A DNA stretch of 32,000 nt from Halalkalibacterium halodurans (lineage in GTDB: Bacteria > Bacillota > Bacilli > Bacillales > Bacillaceae_D). Position numbers and translations under genes: made by a program. Location of the stretch: positions 17,815 to 49,814 of the forward strand of contig NZ_SNUY01000019.1 in assembly GCF_004376175.1 (NCBI RefSeq), in the 5' to 3' direction. The notes beneath the pieces are model-generated. The model saw only the letters and a list, made by a program, of their open reading frames with translations. It had not been told where the DNA came from and did not search any database. Positions 8,518 through 16,346 of the stretch are shown here, piece by piece; the first letter of the stretch is position 1, and every line of letters starts with the position of its first letter.

Positions 8518-8943
8518 GTGTCGCAACTGTTAACCAATGAAGCACTCCATCAAAAAAGTCCTGAGGAAATCACGGCGCTTCTTTATGAAGCGTGTTTGGA
8601 TAAGATGGAAGCTACTGTTTGCGCGATAGAGGAAAAAGACTACATAAGGGCCAATGAGTCGATCCAACGAGCAATCGACATCTTGCACCGCTTAGGCGCA
8701 GGATTAAATTATGAGGCTGGAATCATTGCTGATCAGCTCGACCAATTGTACAACTACCTTGTAGACCTTCTCGTGGAGGCGAACTATCAAAAGGATGTAG
8801 TCAAGGTAAACGAAGGAATCAAGCTGCTAACACTGGTTATGTCTGCTTGGACGAAAGCGATGAAAACAAGGCAAGATCGCCAATCGAAGTCGGTGAAACA
8901 AAAGGCGACAATGTACGAAAATGCAGTGATGCATGAATCATAA
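8518..8943 (+). CDS. fliS: Flagellar export chaperone FliS
   Basis: Shows the FliS pattern 'LLYEACLDKMEATVCAIEEKDY...AIDILHRLGAGLNYEAGIIADQLDQLYNYLVDLLVEAN...AW'. GTG start lies 7 nt after GGAGG. Confidence 0.85.
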   Translation: MSQLLTNEALHQKSPEEITALLYEACLDKMEATVCAIEEKDYIRANESIQRAIDILHRLGAGLNYEAGIIADQLDQLYNYLVDLLVEANYQKDVVKVNEGIKLLTLVMSAWTKAMKTRQDRQSKSVKQKATMYENAVMHES

Positions 8944-8967
8944 ATAAAGGGTAAAGGGAGACGACCA

Positions 8968-10362
8968 ATGAAAATTAACAATAACATTCAAGCGTTAAAT
9001 GCGTATCGTAATTTGTACCAAAACCAATTTCTAACATCAAAAAACTTAGAAAAATTATCATCAGGTCTTCGCATTAATCGTGCAGCAGATGATGCGGCAG
9101 GCCTAGCGATTTCAGAAAAAATGCGCTCGCAAATTCGCGGGTTAAAAATGGCAGAACGCAATGCAATGGACGGCATTTCCCTCATGCAAACCTCTGAAGG
9201 TGCGATGCAGGAAGTGCACGCCATGCTACAACGGATGCGCGAGCTTGCGGTTCAGGCGGCGAATGACACAAATACAGAATATGATCGGGAGCAAATTCAA
9301 AAAGAGATCGACCAGTTAAAATTGGAAATTGACAGCATTTCTGAGAAAACGGAATTTAACACGCGCAAGTTGTTGAACGGCTTTAGTGCTGTACTCACTA
9401 CATTTGATGCAGGGGCAAACGAAGTGAATCTCGAAGGATTCCCGCGGGTGACGGATGCTAATTTGAAATCGGGAGAATATCGTTTAATTGTGGAAAACGT
9501 CTCCTACTCTTCAAGTGTGACTCAGCCGTCTGCTGGTTTAAAGGACGGGGATATCTCATTTGCTGATGCGATCGGTTCAGTGGATGAGGAAAATAAAATG
9601 AAGCTTGGAGAATACTCCATTCTTGTTCGTGAAGTGGTGCCAAACGGTGATGCGAAAATCGAAATTTTAGACCCAGACGGCTTATCGGTAGGGACAAAGG
9701 TAGTTGGAATTGGCACGAATGGAACAACGAATGAAACCGTAGCGGGCATTCAAATCGATACAACGAAAATTTCGACTTCTGGTACTGTGAAGATCAAGCT
9801 TGAAGTTAAGGCTGATCTCACGCTGCAAAGATCAACCGACGGCACATTTGAGCCAATTCAAGCTTCACGCACCTTAACATCAAACAATGGAATGTTCCGT
9901 CATGGTGGTGTGGAGTACAATTTCTACAACAACATCGAAGCAGGGAACTTAGAATTTACGATCACAAATAACGCTCTATCGTTTCAAATTGGGCCAAACA
10001 CAAATCAAAATGTGATGATTGATATTCCGAAAATGGATGTCGTTACACTTGGAATCGAAGAAGTTAGCGTATTGACTAACGCAGATGCGAACAAGGCGAT
10101 CTTCCAAATCGATCAAGCCATCAATAAATTATCAGACGCTAGAGCAAAACTAGGAGCTGTGCAAAACCGTTTGGAGCATACAGTGAACAACTTGCAGGTG
10201 ACACACGAGAACTTAACGGCTTCAGAATCTCGAATCCGCGATGCAGATATGGCTCTCTTGATGACGGAATTTACTCGAAACAACATCCTTAATCAATCAG
10301 CAACCGCCATGTTGGCGCAAGCGAATCAGCTTCCACAAGGGGTGCTACAATTGCTTCAATAA
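8968..10362 (+). CDS. fliC: Flagellin (464 aa) with an enlarged central variable domain
   Basis: Conserved N-terminus 'MKINNNIQALNAYRNL...LSSGLRINRAADDAAGLAISEKMRSQIRGL' and C-terminus 'LGAVQNRLEHTVNNL...SRIRDADMA...TRNNILNQSATAMLAQANQLPQGVLQLL'. Confidence 0.95.
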   Translation: MKINNNIQALNAYRNLYQNQFLTSKNLEKLSSGLRINRAADDAAGLAISEKMRSQIRGLKMAERNAMDGISLMQTSEGAMQEVHAMLQRMRELAVQAANDTNTEYDREQIQKEIDQLKLEIDSISEKTEFNTRKLLNGFSAVLTTFDAGANEVNLEGFPRVTDANLKSGEYRLIVENVSYSSSVTQPSAGLKDGDISFADAIGSVDEENKMKLGEYSILVREVVPNGDAKIEILDPDGLSVGTKVVGIGTNGTTNETVAGIQIDTTKISTSGTVKIKLEVKADLTLQRSTDGTFEPIQASRTLTSNNGMFRHGGVEYNFYNNIEAGNLEFTITNNALSFQIGPNTNQNVMIDIPKMDVVTLGIEEVSVLTNADANKAIFQIDQAINKLSDARAKLGAVQNRLEHTVNNLQVTHENLTASESRIRDADMALLMTEFTRNNILNQSATAMLAQANQLPQGVLQLLQ

Positions 10363-10369
10363 TGTTTGG

Positions 10370-10399
10370 GCGAGAGGGACTTTGTTCCTTTCGCTTTTT
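10370..10399 (+). terminator. Intrinsic terminator after the flagellin gene
   Basis: 8-bp stem GCGAGAGG/CCUUUCGC (one G-U pair) followed by T5. Confidence 0.65.
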
Positions 10400-10457
10400 C
10401 TTCTATTAAATATGCTACAATAGTCGTAAGATAAGCTCGAAGGACGGAGGAAGAACG

Positions 10458-10895
10458 ATGGATGTACAACGGGTAGGAAAAGCCGGATTACACCGGGTGG
10501 ATTCGAAAAAACAACAGACAGCAGCAGGCGTGTCATTTTCTGAAGTGATGGGCAAACAGCGAGATGAGAAGGCATATGAACGACTACAAGCGTTGATGTC
10601 CAAAATTGATGATCAAGGGAAGCTATTGTCGGAAACTCGTACGATAGAAGAATTGCGAAAATATAAAGAGCTTGTGAAAGAGTTTGTTGGAGATGCGGTA
10701 GAGCTCGGATTGCGGTTAGAAGAAAGACGGGGATTTAATCGCCGAGGGCGTACGAAAATCTATAAAATTGTGAAAGAAGTAGATCGAAAACTATTAGACT
10801 TAACGGACGCTGTATTAGCAAAAGAAAAAAAAGGTCTCGATATCCTCAACATGGTCGGAGAAATTAAAGGATTGCTCATAAACATATACGCTTAA
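10458..10895 (+). CDS. DUF327 / YaaR-family protein
   Basis: 'TIEELRKYKELVKEFV...RGRTKIYKIVKEVDRKLLDLTDAVL' fits DUF327 family features as I recall them. RBS GGACGGAGG lies upstream. Confidence 0.7.
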   Translation: MDVQRVGKAGLHRVDSKKQQTAAGVSFSEVMGKQRDEKAYERLQALMSKIDDQGKLLSETRTIEELRKYKELVKEFVGDAVELGLRLEERRGFNRRGRTKIYKIVKEVDRKLLDLTDAVLAKEKKGLDILNMVGEIKGLLINIYA

Positions 10896-10898
10896 TAC

Positions 10899-10934
10899 AA
10901 ACGCCCGGGACAATATCGTCATGGGCGTTTTACA
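10899..10934 (+). terminator. Intrinsic terminator, overlapping the stop codon of the convergent CPBP gene
   Basis: AAACGCCC/GGGCGUUU stem followed by UUUU. Confidence 0.6.
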
Positions 10935-11541
10935 TAAGAGGGAGCCAAATGAGTAATAAAGCATCAAAGAGTAGGTGAGAGAGGAGCGGTGGCCAAATCG
11001 ATTTCGTGCGAACAAACAGCCATCCCCAAACAAGGCCGGCCAAAAAAGCAGCAAGTACGAGCAGGAGGCTACTAGAAGCAGCATGGACTATTCCATAGAG
11101 CAATGCCCCAAAGATAATCGCTCGTCCTTCAGACATTTGGTTATGAAGAGTTCCTACTACATACCCACGCCAAAAAAGCTCCTCTCCAGGAATGATGAAA
11201 ACAAAAAGGACGAAATAATGCCACCATTCGGTAGGACGAATCATGTCATAAAGCGTTTCAAGGGAAGCGAGGAGTGGAATCCCTGTCAATGTGATCAGCC
11301 ACTTGCCAAAGGCGAAAAGCCCGTACAGGAAGAGGCCACTAAGAAGGGCAAAACCACAAATGGTCAAAGGCGGCTTCCGCTTAATGGGGATGCGACTAAA
11401 AAAGATGGCGATAGCCGAAAGAATGACGAGAGATATTGGGAATACAATACAAAAATCGAGTGGCTGCCATGAAAAGCTAGTCCATAATAGAAGCATCGCA
11501 AAAAATAGAATCCATCCGAATTTGACCGACACAACATCCAC
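10930..11541 (-). CDS. CPBP-family intramembrane glutamic endopeptidase (CAAX protease / Abi family)
   Basis: Polytopic membrane protein carrying the family motifs 'EELFWRGY', 'FGALLYGIVH' and 'HLLFDAL'. Confidence 0.85.
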   Translation of the reverse strand: MDVVSVKFGWILFFAMLLLWTSFSWQPLDFCIVFPISLVILSAIAIFFSRIPIKRKPPLTICGFALLSGLFLYGLFAFGKWLITLTGIPLLASLETLYDMIRPTEWWHYFVLFVFIIPGEELFWRGYVVGTLHNQMSEGRAIIFGALLYGIVHAASSSLLLVLAAFLAGLVWGWLFVRTKSIWPPLLSHLLFDALLLIWLPLM

Positions 11542-11614
11542 CTCATCCTTATGTACAGTAAGCTACCTTAGCTTTACGCTTTATTTACTATAAGCAAAAA
11601 ATGGGAGGAGTGCA

Positions 11615-12049
11615 ATGGGAAAAGGAACATTTGTTTATCGAACGACGATCACTTCTCCGCACGAGGAAGTGTGGGCTTTCTTTTCATCCCCTACTAATTT
11701 ACAAACTTTGACGAAGATCCCAAAGGTCGTGCTAGACTCAACGTCGGAGACAACACAAGGGAGCGAAATTGAGATGAAGCTCTTTGTCCTCGGAATCCCC
11801 TTTCAATGGAAGGCCTATATTGAAGCTTACAATCCGCCTTTTTCCTTTACAGATGTAGCGATCAAGATGCCATTTCCGATCGTCTATTGGAGGCATACTC
11901 ATCGTTTTACAACGGAAGGAGAGAGAACGGTGATGATCGATGAAATCCAATACGAGATTAAGATGGCGAACAAGCTTGTAATCTTCTTCTTAAGACGGAT
12001 GTTTCGTGCTCGTGAATCTGCTCTCCATCGCTATTTTCAGTCTATGTAA
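11615..12049 (+). CDS. SRPBCC (START/cyclase-dehydrase-like) superfamily protein
   Basis: Size is 144 aa. The N-terminal 'I.SP.EEVWAFFSSPTNL' pattern is typical of SRPBCC ligand-binding proteins. RBS GGGAGGAG lies upstream. Confidence 0.55.
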   Translation: MGKGTFVYRTTITSPHEEVWAFFSSPTNLQTLTKIPKVVLDSTSETTQGSEIEMKLFVLGIPFQWKAYIEAYNPPFSFTDVAIKMPFPIVYWRHTHRFTTEGERTVMIDEIQYEIKMANKLVIFFLRRMFRARESALHRYFQSM

Positions 12050-12080
12050 CACACCCCTCTTTTTTCCTTGAGGGGTGTGT
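12049..12080. terminator. Bidirectional intrinsic terminator between convergent genes
   Basis: Perfect 11-bp stem ACACACCCCUC/GAGGGGUGUGU with a T-rich loop. Confidence 0.7.
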
Positions 12081-12084
12081 CTCG

Positions 12085-13101
12085 TTAAAGCCATGCTCGG
12101 TCATATTGGCTCGGTCCGCTAATCGTCGTTCCTAGTTCAAGCGCCGCCTCTCTTGGCCAGTAGGGATTCCGTAATAATTCACGGGCCACAAAGATTAAAT
12201 CAGCTCGTTCGTTTTGTAAAATTTCCTCAGCCTGAATCCCAGATGTGATGAGACCAACCGCTCCAGTCGCAATATTTGCTTCATGACGAATCGCTTCTGC
12301 TAGAGGCACTTGGTAGCCAGGATATACAGGAATAGGTGCTGGGACGACCGCACCTGAACTGCAGTCGATTAAGTCAATTCCTTGTTTTTTCATCCATTTC
12401 GCTAATGTGATAAAGTCGGAGAGTTCGTTTCCCCCTTCAGCATATTCTGCTGCAGAAATGCGAACGAATAGTGGACCATCCCAAACGGTTTGAATTTCGC
12501 TGATGATTTCTCGTAATAAACGGTAACGGTTTTCAAGGCTCCCGCCATAAGCATCGGTTCGTTTATTGGTAAGTGGTGATAAAAATTCATTGATTAAGTA
12601 GCCATGTGCCCCATGAATTTCAATGATATCAAACCCGGCCTTCTTTGCCCGAAGCGCTCCTAGTTTAAACGCTTCGATGGTTTCGGAGATTTGCTCTTCT
12701 GTCATCGCATCAGGGGTCTTCATCTTGTCATATGGGATCGCAGAAGGAGCAATAATCGGCCCGTCTAGCTCCGCTTTTCGACCAGCATGGGCTAGTTGGA
12801 TCGCCGCCTTAGCTCCATGAGCATGAATGCGCTCCACTGTTTCTGTTAAGCCCGAAATGTGATCGTCACTCCAAATGCCGAGGTCATAAGGGGAAATTCG
12901 TCCTTGAGGTGTAACGGCCGTTGCCTCTACTATAATAAGGCCTACCTGACCGGCAGCGCGAGACTCGTAATGACTGATATGAAATGGACGTATTTTTCCA
13001 TCTTTCTGATCACTGGAATACATGCACATTGGTGACATGACGATTCGATTTTTTAACGTCACGCCTTTCACAACATATGATGAAAATAACTTATGTTCCA
13101 T
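12085..13101 (-). CDS. namA: NADPH dehydrogenase NamA (YqjM, Old Yellow Enzyme family)
   Basis: '[16 protein letters not shown]', '[10 protein letters not shown]' and '[24 protein letters not shown]' are YqjM-like. The ATG at 13101 lies 8 nt after AAGGAG and gives 338 aa. The track ORF begins at a GTG inside the RBS (13110). Confidence 0.93.
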   Translation of the reverse strand: MEHKLFSSYVVKGVTLKNRIVMSPMCMYSSDQKDGKIRPFHISHYESRAAGQVGLIIVEATAVTPQGRISPYDLGIWSDDHISGLTETVERIHAHGAKAAIQLAHAGRKAELDGPIIAPSAIPYDKMKTPDAMTEEQISETIEAFKLGALRAKKAGFDIIEIHGAHGYLINEFLSPLTNKRTDAYGGSLENRYRLLREIISEIQTVWDGPLFVRISAAEYAEGGNELSDFITLAKWMKKQGIDLIDCSSGAVVPAPIPVYPGYQVPLAEAIRHEANIATGAVGLITSGIQAEEILQNERADLIFVARELLRNPYWPREAALELGTTISGPSQYDRAWL

Positions 13102-13251
13102 AAAATCCACTCCTTCGCTTTTACGATTAATGGTAAACGTAAAACCGGTTTTATCGTACCACTTTTAAGTAAATACAGGCGACTATTTTGCTTATGAAGG
13201 AAGTCTTTGGATAAGCAGAGGCTTAAATGAATTTTATAGTAACGTTAAACC

Positions 13252-13287
13252 AACAAAAAACACATCGCAAACAAAAGCGATGTGTTT
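13252..13287 (-). terminator. Intrinsic terminator of the CBS-protein gene
   Basis: AAACACAUCGC/GCGAUGUGUUU stem followed by UUUGUUG on the minus strand. Confidence 0.8.
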
Positions 13288-13304
13288 CCTTACCCATGTT
13301 ATGT

Positions 13305-13745
13305 TTATTTTGGCTGTTGCAATTGGCGATTGATAAAGGAAAGGATCGTGCTTCTTGTAAGGATACCTAAAAATGAGCCGTCGTCATCAAGAATGCATAT
13401 AAACGGGTGCGCGATGGAGACTTTTAAGGCGCGAGAAAAGGAAGCCTTATGATGAATCGTTGGAATCTCAGGGTTCATGACGTCTTTCACAACGAGGTGT
13501 GCTAGCCGCTCCATTTCAATCCGTTCAACGCCGAGTAATGCGTCAAGAATGAGTGACTTGCTAATGACTCCGTGTAATTTCGAATGTTCATCTAATACTG
13601 GAATGGCCGTATACCCAGATTTAATTAAAACGAGGAGCGCGTGTTCTAAAGGATTGGACAAGTGAACATGGGCTACTTTATCGAATGGGATAACAAGTTC
13701 CTTTAAGTCATTATCCATAATGTTTTGCTTAATGAGATTTTGCAT
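13305..13745 (-). CDS. cbpB: CBS-pair domain protein, YkuL/CbpB-like (family of c-di-AMP-binding CBS proteins)
   Basis: 'KVAHVHLSNPLEHALLVLIKSGYTAIPVLDEHSKLHGVISKSLILDALLGVERIEMERL' aligns closely with B. subtilis YkuL as recalled. Size is 146 aa. Confidence 0.8.
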   Translation of the reverse strand: MQNLIKQNIMDNDLKELVIPFDKVAHVHLSNPLEHALLVLIKSGYTAIPVLDEHSKLHGVISKSLILDALLGVERIEMERLAHLVVKDVMNPEIPTIHHKASFSRALKVSIAHPFICILDDDGSFLGILTRSTILSFINRQLQQPK

Positions 13746-13910
13746 AAAGAATCACTTCTTCTCAATAATATTTTTTTGAACATGTTGGTCACGACCCTAC
13801 TACTTCATTTTCATACTATCGGTCGGTCAAACTCTTTGTCAAGGAACAGAGTGTATGGATTGAGGCAAATTTGGAAATGACTTATAAGAAAACACAATGG
13901 AAGTTGAAAG

Positions 13911-14162
13911 GTGATGGGTGTGCATACGAAACAGACTGTAAAGTATCGATGTGAACGATATCCTTCTGGGAACGAATATTACTACAAACAAGAGATAATC
14001 ACTCACGATACATGGGAAAACATTGAGTCTTTGCAATGGTCTACACCAAGACCGATTACCCGTAAAACCTTTTTGGCGAAAAAACAACAAGGATATAAAA
14101 TCGAATATGTGGACATCCAAAAGCCACCGGCAGAACTGATTCCGTTTACTAGAGACGAATGA
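13911..14162 (+). CDS. Hypothetical protein (83 aa)
   Basis: The ORF is followed immediately by a strong terminator. A TTGAGG-N17-TATAAG promoter candidate lies at about 13860..13888. No family was recognised and the start codon is uncertain. Confidence 0.5.
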   Translation: MMGVHTKQTVKYRCERYPSGNEYYYKQEIITHDTWENIESLQWSTPRPITRKTFLAKKQQGYKIEYVDIQKPPAELIPFTRDE

Positions 14163-14188
14163 AAAGGCAGGGTCCTCTGCCTTTTTTT
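14163..14188 (+). terminator. Intrinsic terminator
   Basis: AAAGGCAG/CUGCCUUU stem followed by a T7 run. Confidence 0.85.
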
Positions 14189-14348
14189 ATTTTTAGCTCC
14201 TTTAAAGGATAAGAAAAAACGAGCGCTTCCGTTAGTAAGACTTGGTCGTGAGCTAGTTTTTCTAACTTGTTGCTAAGGAGAGGATTTGATAAGGTTAGGT
14301 AGGAGAGGATGTTTGTGACGAACGCAAACAGAAAAAAAGGAGAACGAT

Positions 14349-15101
14349 ATGAAAAGGGTAGGTTGTTTAGTCGTTTTTTTACTTATGATGACTGGTTGTA
14401 ACTTAGTCACCGTAGAGGAAGGTGAGATATTGTCTGTGGACGCGCAAGGAGCGGGTTCCTTTACCCTTGATTTAGCGGAAGGAAACGTTACGATCCGTGG
14501 AGATGACGAAACGGAATCAATTGAGGTAGATGTGTCTTATGCAGTCACAGGGGAATCAGAGGAGGAAGCAAATGCCTTTCGCGAAGCCTTCACATCGGCC
14601 ATCCTTCAGCGGGAGGGAGATGTTGTCTCGTTAAACACAAAGATTCTTGGCCCTGATCAAGCGGAAGAAGGACGTATTCATTTAATGATTACGGTTCCTT
14701 CCGATTTAAGTATCGAATTAAAGCAAGCGGAAGGAGAGCTATTGATCGAAAATGCAACCAATGATCTCCACATCAATCAAGGAGCTGGTCCGATTCATTT
14801 GCGTCAAATTCGAGGAGAGATCCACATAACCGACGGCGCAGGTAGGATTAATATCGCAGAAGTTGATGGGCCTATTACGGTGCATGCGAAAACCGGTGAT
14901 GTGACAATGAAAACAATAACTGGTGATGTTGCCGTTATTGCGGGCTCCAGTGCGATCACGATAGAAGAGGTCAATGGCTCTGTTGAGGTCCGTGGTGGGC
15001 AAGGGAAAATGACCATCGATAGTATAGCAGGTAATGTGACGTTAACCGGTGATGGAGAGCGGAACCTTTCCAATATTGAAGGGGAGCTTATAGAGCAATA
15101 A
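14349..15101 (+). CDS. Lipoprotein with DUF4097-type beta-helical repeats (putative adhesin / LiaG-YvlB-like)
   Basis: Signal peptide with lipobox 'LMMTGC'. The C-terminal half carries repeated ~20-aa units ('G.I.I..V.G.ITV....GDV'). Confidence 0.75.
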   Translation: MKRVGCLVVFLLMMTGCNLVTVEEGEILSVDAQGAGSFTLDLAEGNVTIRGDDETESIEVDVSYAVTGESEEEANAFREAFTSAILQREGDVVSLNTKILGPDQAEEGRIHLMITVPSDLSIELKQAEGELLIENATNDLHINQGAGPIHLRQIRGEIHITDGAGRINIAEVDGPITVHAKTGDVTMKTITGDVAVIAGSSAITIEEVNGSVEVRGGQGKMTIDSIAGNVTLTGDGERNLSNIEGELIEQ

Positions 15102-15110
15102 TGGAGGTGA

Positions 15111-15140
15111 ACCACACTATTAAAAAGGTGTGGTTTTTTA
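15111..15140 (+). terminator. Intrinsic terminator
   Basis: AACCACAC/GUGUGGUU stem followed by T6. Confidence 0.8.
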
Positions 15141-15208
15141 ATTTGCTTCGCTAACACGTCTTCTGTTTTTTTGACGAGCCCGATTATGCCGCGGAGACAA
15201 AATTCACA

Positions 15209-15237
15209 TTGACATTTTTAGCTAAGATCGATAGAAT
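15209..15237 (+). promoter_or_regulatory. SigmaA promoter of the yezD-cysH operon
   Basis: TTGACA-N17-TAGAAT. Confidence 0.75.
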
Positions 15238-15250
15238 ACTATTAAACTAA

Positions 15251-15277
15251 TAAATCATATAAAATTACATGGAATTA
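15251..15277 (+). promoter_or_regulatory. Candidate CymR-type operator
   Basis: TAAATCATATAAAATTACATGGAATTA matches 15 of the 19 defined positions of the 27-bp CymR motif as I recall it (TAAWNCN2ANTWNAN3ATMGGAATTW). It lies just downstream of the -10. Confidence 0.4.
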
Positions 15278-15280
15278 AAA

Positions 15281-15315
15281 CCCTCCTTTAACGATTGATT
15301 ATGGATGAAGGGAGG
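15281..15315 (+). promoter_or_regulatory. Shine-Dalgarno-sequestering hairpin in the yezD leader
   Basis: CCCTCCTT (15281..15288) is the exact complement of AAGGGAGG (15308..15315), which is the yezD RBS. The loop is ~15-19 nt. Confidence 0.5.
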
Positions 15316-15323
15316 ACATTTCA

Positions 15324-15470
15324 TTGACACAGCCAGTAAACAAAGAATTAGAGCCTGTCTTTGACAAAGTGAAAGACCTATTGGAAGGATTAAAGTATGG
15401 ATCTGTGACAATTGTCGTACAGAATGGAAAAGTGATTCAAATTGAAAAAAATGAAAAAGTCCGATTGTAG
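15324..15470 (+). CDS. yezD: YezD-family small protein (DUF2292), 48 aa
   Basis: TTG start lies 8 nt after GGAGG. The product MTQPVNKELEPVFDKVKDLLEGLKYGSVTIVVQNGKVIQIEKNEKVRL carries the 'YGSVTIVVQ.GKVIQIEK.EK.RL' signature of YezD proteins, which commonly precede sulfur-assimilation genes. It is missing from the ORF track (<60 aa). Confidence 0.8.
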   Translation: MTQPVNKELEPVFDKVKDLLEGLKYGSVTIVVQNGKVIQIEKNEKVRL

Positions 15471-15499
15471 CATGAGCGCTGACTAGACAAACTAGAGGC

Positions 15500-15540
15500 G
15501 ACACAAAATTGGTGAATAGGCCAGCTTTGTGTCTTTTTTT
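15500..15540 (+). terminator. Terminator/attenuator-like hairpin between yezD and cysH
   Basis: GACACAAA/UUUGUGUC stem with an 18-nt loop (a possible 3-bp extension lies inside the loop), followed by T7. Confidence 0.5.
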
Positions 15541-15608
15541 ACACCAATGCTGTCCCGATTTAGGCTGAAATAGTGAATCGAAAATCTACATATCAACAAG
15601 GAGGGATA

Positions 15609-16307
15609 ATGGTGGACCAATCAATCCAAGTGAATATAAACGAAGTCAATCAAGCCTTGGAGCGTAAAGATAGCCTCGATGTGATTAAGTGGGCGTACAA
15701 AACATATGGAGATAAGCTCGTGTACGCCTGTAGCATGGGGGCGGAAGGAATGGTTCTAATCGATCTTATTAGTAAAGTGAGGCCGGACGCTCCAGTCATT
15801 TTTCTCGATACAGATTTTCATTTTTCAGAAACATATGAATTGATTGAACGGGTCAAGGAGCGGTACCCGAAGCTTCAGCTGAAGTTAGTGAAGCCGGAAC
15901 TTACACCTGAGGAGCAAGCAGAAACATACGGTGATCGCCTGTGGGAACGTCAACCAGACCTTTGCTGTAAGTTGCGGAAGCTCGTCCCGTTGGAGAAGGA
16001 ACTTGCCCAATACGACGCATGGATGTCAGGGCTGCGCCGAGATCAATCACCGACTCGAAAAAATACTCAATTTGTGAATGAGGATCGCCGCTTTGGTTCA
16101 ACGAAAATTTGTCCTTTAATCCATTGGACCAGTGAGGAAATTTGGATGTATATCGAGCTTCATCAATTACCGTATAATGACCTTCATGATAAGCAGTATC
16201 CAAGTATCGGCTGCGAGTATTGCACGCGTCCTGTAAAAGAAGGAGAAGATGAACGAGCAGGCCGCTGGTCCAACACATCAAAAACAGAGTGTGGATTGCA
16301 CCAGTAA
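15609..16307 (+). CDS. cysH: Adenylyl-/phosphoadenylyl-sulfate reductase CysH (Fe-S type)
   Basis: Close to B. subtilis CysH ('[18 protein letters not shown]', 'CCKLRK', 'GCEYCT', C-terminal 'KTECGLHQ'). The ATG at 15609 follows AAGGAGGG. The track ORF starts at the GTG at 15573. Confidence 0.95.
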   Translation: MVDQSIQVNINEVNQALERKDSLDVIKWAYKTYGDKLVYACSMGAEGMVLIDLISKVRPDAPVIFLDTDFHFSETYELIERVKERYPKLQLKLVKPELTPEEQAETYGDRLWERQPDLCCKLRKLVPLEKELAQYDAWMSGLRRDQSPTRKNTQFVNEDRRFGSTKICPLIHWTSEEIWMYIELHQLPYNDLHDKQYPSIGCEYCTRPVKEGEDERAGRWSNTSKTECGLHQ

Positions 16308-16346
16308 TTTCTAAAAATAAAGAGTAAAAAGTGGAGGGGAATCATC

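Noticed and set aside
10975-11472. 165-aa plus-strand ORF, with 11291..11593 (+) and 11364..11546 (-)
   Set aside because: They overlap the CPBP protease gene, whose motifs (EExxxR, FxxxH, HxxxD) identify the true frame on the minus strand.
13839-14120. 93-aa minus-strand ORF
   Set aside because: It overlaps the plus-strand 83-aa ORF, which is the one followed by a strong terminator. The minus-strand ORF has neither RBS nor terminator.
15140-15323. Expected S-box (SAM-I) riboswitch upstream of cysH
   Set aside because: I could not find the conserved S-box core helices or sequence by eye, and the leader between the TSS and yezD is only ~80 nt. An Rfam scan is needed for certainty.
15265-15504. 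79-aa minus-strand ORF
   Set aside because: It is antisense to the yezD ORF and the cys leader. The plus strand has the promoter, RBS and YezD signature, and the minus-strand ORF has none.
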